Source: a virus
Lineage: Duplodnaviria > Heunggongvirae > Uroviricota > Caudoviricetes
Length of the DNA stretch: 22,569 nucleotides
IMG/VR virus record: IMGVR_UViG_2778261128_000006
Strand: one strand, 5' to 3'
Made by a program: the position numbers and the translations under genes. Positions 18,196 through 22,569 of this stretch are shown here, one piece after another (positions within the stretch are counted from its first letter, which is position 1; the number at the start of each line of letters is the position of its first letter). A model generated the notes under the pieces. It did not search any database. It had not been told where the DNA came from and worked only from the letters and a program-made list of their open reading frames with translations.

Positions 18196-18737
18196 TATGC
18201 AGCCCTCACGATATAGTTAAATGCAATATTCCGTGGGCGGGTTTCATTTACCCCATATGCTGTTGTTCTCTGATTCCCGACAAAATATCCATTTGGATTA
18301 GAGGATACAGAATAATCATCAAAATCAAGTGGGCTATCAGCACCCGGCGTCAGGCTTGCAATATATCCTCTTCCCATAACTTCTGATGCTGGTATTTCTT
18401 TTGTACGATAATCACTGACTCTGAAGAGCTGTCCCTGGTGGGTGTGTGATTCCACTCCTCCATTCTGAAGACTTAGCAAGGCACGTCCAGCATCAATACC
18501 ACGCCCATCATCCCAGCCACGAATAAACTCACCACGTAAATCAGGCAATTTATTTGTCGGATAAGCCTTTGCCAGTTCCGGGTATTCTTCAGCAGAAAAA
18601 GCTGCACCATTGCATTTCAGCCAGCCTGTAGGCGGAGTGGCTGAAGGCCACGGAACAGGCACCCCAACAGGTAATGCAGAGTCTTCTCCCAAACCAACGT
18701 TTAAGAAAATGCAGCGATTACGACTAACTGGCATCAT
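18195..18737 (-). CDS. Tail fibre variable C-terminal segment (Sv-prime-like) of an invertible tail-fibre cassette; lacks constant N-terminal part
   Basis: 180 aa; begins inside a Din-type crossover site; resembles variable tail-fibre tips of Mu / P1 / e14 type cassettes. Confidence 0.65.
   Translation of the reverse strand: MMPVSRNRCIFLNVGLGEDSALPVGVPVPWPSATPPTGWLKCNGAAFSAEEYPELAKAYPTNKLPDLRGEFIRGWDDGRGIDAGRALLSLQNGGVESHTHQGQLFRVSDYRTKEIPASEVMGRGYIASLTPGADSPLDFDDYSVSSNPNGYFVGNQRTTAYGVNETRPRNIAFNYIVRAA
18684..18707. other. Din-family invertase crossover site (gix/hix/pix-like), orphan copy
   Basis: TTCTCCCAAACC AA CGTTTAAGAA: two imperfect 11-bp inverted half-sites around a central AA, matching the TTATC-AAACC-WW-GGTTT-GATAA pattern; located at the 5' end of the Sv-prime ORF, adjacent to the invertase gene. 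Confidence 0.55.
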
Positions 18738-18758
18738 CCCCGATTTTTATTCAAGGAG

Positions 18759-19040
18759 ATGATCATGCTTATTGGCTATGTACGCGTGTCAACAAATGAC
18801 CAGAACACCGATTTGCAACGTAGTGCGCTGAACTGCGCGGGATGTGAGCGGATTTTTGAGGATAAAATCAGCGGCACTAAGTCCGACAGACCGGGGCTGA
18901 AAAAACTGCTCAGGACACTATCGGCAGGAGACACGCTGGTTGTCTGGAAGCTGGACAGGTTGGGGCGCAGTATGCGGCATCTTGTTACGCTGATAGAAGA
19001 GTTACCCGCGAACCTGCGAAGAAAGAAAGCACCACGGTGA
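18759..19040 (+). pseudogene. Serine DNA invertase (Hin/Gin/Pin/Cin family), truncated after about 80 aa
   Basis: N-terminus MLIGYVRVSTNDQNTDLQR...LVVWKLDRLGRSMRHLV is the resolvase catalytic domain with Ser in VRVST; ORF ends prematurely and runs into a gpD fragment. Confidence 0.8.
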
Positions 19041-19405
19041 AGCGTAAGCGCAGAACTAAGAAGCAGAAGAAAGAGCCGGAAGCGAAGCAGGGCGATTACC
19101 TGGTGGGTACGGATGAAAACGTGCTGGTACTTAATCGCACTTATGCCAACCGGAGCAACGCCGAACGAGCGGCGAAAATGCAGTGGGAACGCCTGCAACG
19201 CGGCGTTGCGTCATTCTCGCTACAACTGGCGGAAGGGCGGGCAGATCTCTACACGGAAATGCCAGTGAAAGTCAGTGGCTTTAAACAGCCGATAGATGAT
19301 GCGGAATGGACTATTACCACCCTGACGCATACTGTCAGCCCGGATAACGGTTTTACGACCAGTCTGGAGCTTGAAGTGAAGATTGATGATTTCGAAATGG
19401 AATGA
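19037..19405 (+). pseudogene. C-terminal fragment of P2 gpD-like tail protein (late control gene D)
   Basis: No ATG (track start is GTG); C-terminal sequence ...LELEVKIDDFEME typical of gpD end; located immediately before ogr as in P2. Confidence 0.65.
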
Positions 19406-19495
19406 TTCTTCGCAATGGAGAACTTTTAAGTTCTCAAAATGGAATAATGCGGTATCATTATTGTGAATTTAGCAAAAATGGGGAGAACTCGAAAA

Positions 19496-19714
19496 ATGAT
19501 GATTTGCCCACTGTGTGGAAGTGCCGCCCATACTCGCAGCAGTTTTCAGGTATCTTCATTGACCAAAGAGCGTTACAACCAGTGCCAGAACATTAACTGC
19601 AGCCATACTTTTGTTACTCATGAAACTTTTGTTCGTTCGATTGCAACGCCAAAAGAGTCAAATCCGGTTCAGCCGCATCCAATGAAATCAGGACAGGTGG
19701 CGCTCTCTCTTTGA
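19496..19714 (+). CDS. ogr: Ogr/Delta-type zinc-finger late transcription activator
   Basis: 72 aa from ATG 19496 (GGGGAG RBS); CPLCG...C.NINCSHTF zinc-finger pattern as in P2 Ogr (CPLCQ...CQNVNCSATF). Confidence 0.8.
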   Translation: MMICPLCGSAAHTRSSFQVSSLTKERYNQCQNINCSHTFVTHETFVRSIATPKESNPVQPHPMKSGQVALSL

Positions 19715-19792
19715 CGCTGCCGCCATTTTGTCGCCATCGTTAAAAAACAGTGCTTCTAACATCATGATTTTAAAGAGCATAAATTTCAGGCA

Positions 19793-19837
19793 ACAAAAAA
19801 CCCATCAACCTTGAACCGAAATGGCGGGGTTGATGGG
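19793..19837 (-). terminator. Rho-independent terminator (minus strand), probably host ybjL terminator near the prophage right boundary
   Basis: CCCATCAACC ... GGTTGATGGG 10-bp stem, followed on the minus strand by TTTTTTGTTG. Confidence 0.45.
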
Positions 19838-19949
19838 CTCCACAAAATGGGGACATCAAAGAAAAGCAGTGGCACTAATTAAGACTGATGCCCTGCGGAA
19901 AAGTTCTGCGGTTGTGCAAAAAAATTTCATTTTCAGGGCAACTTCAGTT

Positions 19950-21635
19950 TTATCCTAATCCTGGCCATACCATGACGATGATTGTCCCTGCCAGCGTCAG
20001 CAGGACGTTGGCGATTGCATAGGTGCCCGCATAGCCCAGCGCCGGGATGTTACTGCGAGCTGTATCACTGATGATCTCCATTGCCGGCGCGCAGGTACGT
20101 GCGCCCATCATTGCGCCGAACAACAGCGCGCGGTTCATTCGCAATACATAAGCACCGAACAAGAAACAGATAACCACGGGCACCAGACTGACAATCAATC
20201 CGGCAATCAACATCTGACCGCCAATCGCGCCCAGGCCGTTATTAATACCGCTACCGGCGCTCAGACCAACGCCTGCCATAAACACCATCAAGCCGAACTC
20301 TTTCACCATGCTTAATGCACCCTGCGGAATGTAACCGAAGGTCGGGTGGTTAGCACGCATAAAGCCCAGCATAATTCCGGCGAATAACAACCCGGCAGCG
20401 TTCCCCATGCCGAAACTGAATGTGCTGAACTGGAAGGTGATCATCCCGATCATCAGCCCAATAACAAAGAAGGCGCAGAATGCCAGCAGGTCAGTGACCT
20501 GGCTGTGAATCGAGATAAAGCCGATGCGATCGGCGATGGTTTTTACGCGGCGGGCATCGCCGCTGACTTGTAAAACGTCACCTTTGTTAAGCACGACGTT
20601 GTCATCTATCGGCATCTCAATCTGGCTACGAATGACGCGGTTAAGGAAGCAACCGTGATCGGTCAACTTCAGTTGTGCGAGACGTTTACCTACAGCGTTA
20701 TGGTTTTTAACGACCACTTCTTCAGTGACGATACGCATGTCGAGAAGGTCACGATCGAAAACTTCTTTACCGTTACGGAAGCTGGGATCGAGTCGGGCAT
20801 GGGCGTCGGGATAGCCTACCAACGCTATTTCATCGCCCATTTGTAGCACGGCATCACCGTCTGGATTTGCCAGAATCCCGTTACGTCGAATACGTTCAAT
20901 GTAGCAGCCGGTTTGTCGATAAATACCCAGTTCACGCAGATTTTTGCCGTCGGTCCAGGCCACCAGTTCCGGGCCGACGCGATAGGCGCGGATCACCGGT
21001 AAATAAACCTTACGGTTGGCATCAGTGTCCAGGCCACGTTCGCGGGCGATTTGCTGGGCGCTGGTCTGTAAGTCCTGATGCTGCAATTTCGGCAAGTAAC
21101 GCGCACCAACAATCAAACTCACCAGACCGATTAAATAGGTTAAGGCATACCCGAGGCTCAGATTATCCAGTGCCAGTGAGAGCTGCCTGCTTTCCATGCC
21201 GGAATGACGCAGTGTATCGCCAGCACCGACCAGAACCGGTGTCGACGTCATAGAGCCTGCTAACATACCGGCCGTCAGGCCAATATCCCAGCCAAACAGC
21301 TTACCTAACCCTAAGGCGATCACCAGCGCACTGCCAACCATCACCAGTGCTAACATTAGGTAATTTTTCCCATCGCGAAAAAAAATGGAAAAAAAGTTCG
21401 GTCCGGCTTCGACCCCGACGCAGAAAATAAACAGCATAAAGCCAAGATTAAGCGCATCGGTGTTAATGCTGAAATGTTGTTGGCCTAATAACAGCGATAC
21501 GACTAAAACGCCAATGGAATTACCCAGTTGGATCGAACCAAGTCGTAACTTTCCGAGACATAGCCCAAGCGCGAGGACCACAAATAATAACAGAATGTAA
21601 TTCCCATTTAACAATTCGGCGACGTTTATATTCAC
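19950..21635 (-). CDS. ybjL: Putative transport protein YbjL (AspT/YidE/YbjL family)
   Basis: 561-aa membrane protein with duplicated transporter domains and central cytoplasmic region; neighbourhood with ybjM and grxA as in E. coli. Confidence 0.85.
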
Positions 21636-21904
21636 GGAGGCTAACTTCTTGTTTACTAGTAAGCTGTTGAAAGAAATGGTAATTTACGATAATGTTTTTT
21701 ACCAGAATTCAGGGCGCAGATTCATTCAGCGCACCTAAACGATAGTAAAGTAACAATATATTTTACTAGTGTAATCACATTAGGTATCAACGGCTATATG
21801 AATTGCGTTGGCCTATATTAGCATGGAATGCGAAGCGGCTTTATCTTACTGAACGCCACACTGGCGAAAAATGTGTTCGATAGACGCAGTGTCAGGAGGA
21901 ACGA

Positions 21905-22282
21905 GTGAAACATAAACAACGTTGGGCGGGGGCAATCTGCTGTTTTGTCCTCTTCATTGTGGTGTGCCTTTTTCTGGCGACGCACATGAAAGGCGCTTTT
22001 CGGGCTGCCGGGCATCCTGAAATCGGCTTGCTATTTTTCATTCTTCCTGGAGCAGTCGCCAGCTTCTTTTCACAGCGTAGAGAAGTCCTGAAACCTCTGT
22101 TTGGCGCAATGCTGGCGGCACCCTGTTCGATGCTCATTATGCGGCTGTTTTTTTCACCGACGCGCTCATTCTGGCAAGAGCTGGCATGGTTACTAAGCGC
22201 GGTGTTCTGGTGTGCGCTGGGGGCACTGTGTTTCTTATTTATCAGTAGTTTGTTTAAACCACAGCACAGAAAAAATCAGTAA
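21905..22282 (+). CDS. ybjM: Inner membrane protein YbjM
   Basis: 125-aa hydrophobic protein between ybjL and grxA, as in E. coli K-12 gene order. Confidence 0.75.
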   Translation: MKHKQRWAGAICCFVLFIVVCLFLATHMKGAFRAAGHPEIGLLFFILPGAVASFFSQRREVLKPLFGAMLAAPCSMLIMRLFFSPTRSFWQELAWLLSAVFWCALGALCFLFISSLFKPQHRKNQ

Positions 22283-22311
22283 AGCCCTCAACGCGAGGGC
22301 TTGTCAGACGA

Positions 22312-22569
22312 TCAGGCGTCCAGATTTTCTTTCACCCATGCAGCAAAATCGGTATAGCCGCCGATATGTTGCTGATCGACAAAAATCTGCGGCACGGTTT
22401 CTACGGGTTTACCTGCCTTTTGTTGTAGATCTTCTTTAGTGATCCCTTCCGCACGAATATCTACATACTGATACTGAAAATCATCGCGTTCATTGCTCAA
22501 TTTCTCAGCCAGATCTTTTGCACGCACACAGTAAGGGCAACCCGAACGACCAAAAATAACGGTTTGCAT
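22312..22569 (-). CDS. grxA: Glutaredoxin 1
   Basis: 85 aa with CPYC active site (GRSGCPYCVRAK); start codon is the last three bases of the window. Confidence 0.9.
   Translation of the reverse strand: MQTVIFGRSGCPYCVRAKDLAEKLSNERDDFQYQYVDIRAEGITKEDLQQKAGKPVETVPQIFVDQQHIGGYTDFAAWVKENLDA

Larger units (their letters stand above)
1..19790. mobile_element. Degraded P2/186-family prophage (int ... ogr); left boundary lies outside the window, right boundary estimated between ogr stop and host ybjL
   Basis: Gene order int-cI-apl-cII-...-A-(accessory)-Q-P-O-lysB-lysC-R-S-V-tail fibre-D-ogr matches P2/186 prophage layout; host genes ybjL/ybjM/grxA follow. Right boundary is an estimate. Confidence 0.8.

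Noticed and set aside
19715-19949. Possible tRNA gene as integration target at the prophage right end
   Set aside because: No tRNA-like T-arm or anticodon-arm sequence (e.g. GGTTCGAATCC-type motif) found by eye; the hairpin present looks like a terminator.
22283-22311. Hairpin AGCCCTC-AACGC-GAGGGCT between ybjM and grxA as an annotated terminator
   Set aside because: Plausible convergent terminator but the T-run is weak on both strands; not confident enough to list as a feature.
1-22569. CRISPR array or other multi-copy direct repeats
   Set aside because: No regularly spaced direct repeats seen; the only repeat structures are the retron a1/a2 and msd hairpin, short terminator hairpins and the GCATG motif cluster.

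Overview
The window holds almost all of a degraded P2/186-family prophage (position 1 to about 19.79 kb), followed by host genes ybjL, ybjM and grxA (Escherichia-type chromosome). The prophage keeps a complete lysogeny/early module: integrase, a 186-type CI repressor, Apl/Cox-like and CII-like regulators, a TraR-like zinc finger, a Dam-type methyltransferase, replication protein A, and a LexA-box-controlled Tum/DinI-like module. The accessory slot between gene A and portal gene Q carries a complete retron that I recognise as Retron-Eco1 (Ec86): an NDT-like effector, the msr-msd ncRNA with a1/a2 inverted repeats, and a 320-aa reverse transcriptase with YADD and VTG motifs. This is a known defence system, not a new one. 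The morphogenesis region is heavily eroded, with at least three deletion junctions (scaffold O fused to the tail of endolysin K; baseplate V fused to a tail-fibre assembly C-terminus; DNA invertase fused to the C-terminus of gpD) and one AT-rich insertion encoding a multi-pass membrane protein. The best candidates for undescribed function are (i) a strongly acidic 111-aa protein divergent from the retron operon, (ii) the AT-rich membrane-protein insertion between tail genes S and V, and (iii) a small secreted cysteine-containing peptide between int and cI. All homology statements are from reading the translations and from memory of phage P2/186 and retron Ec86; no database search was run.
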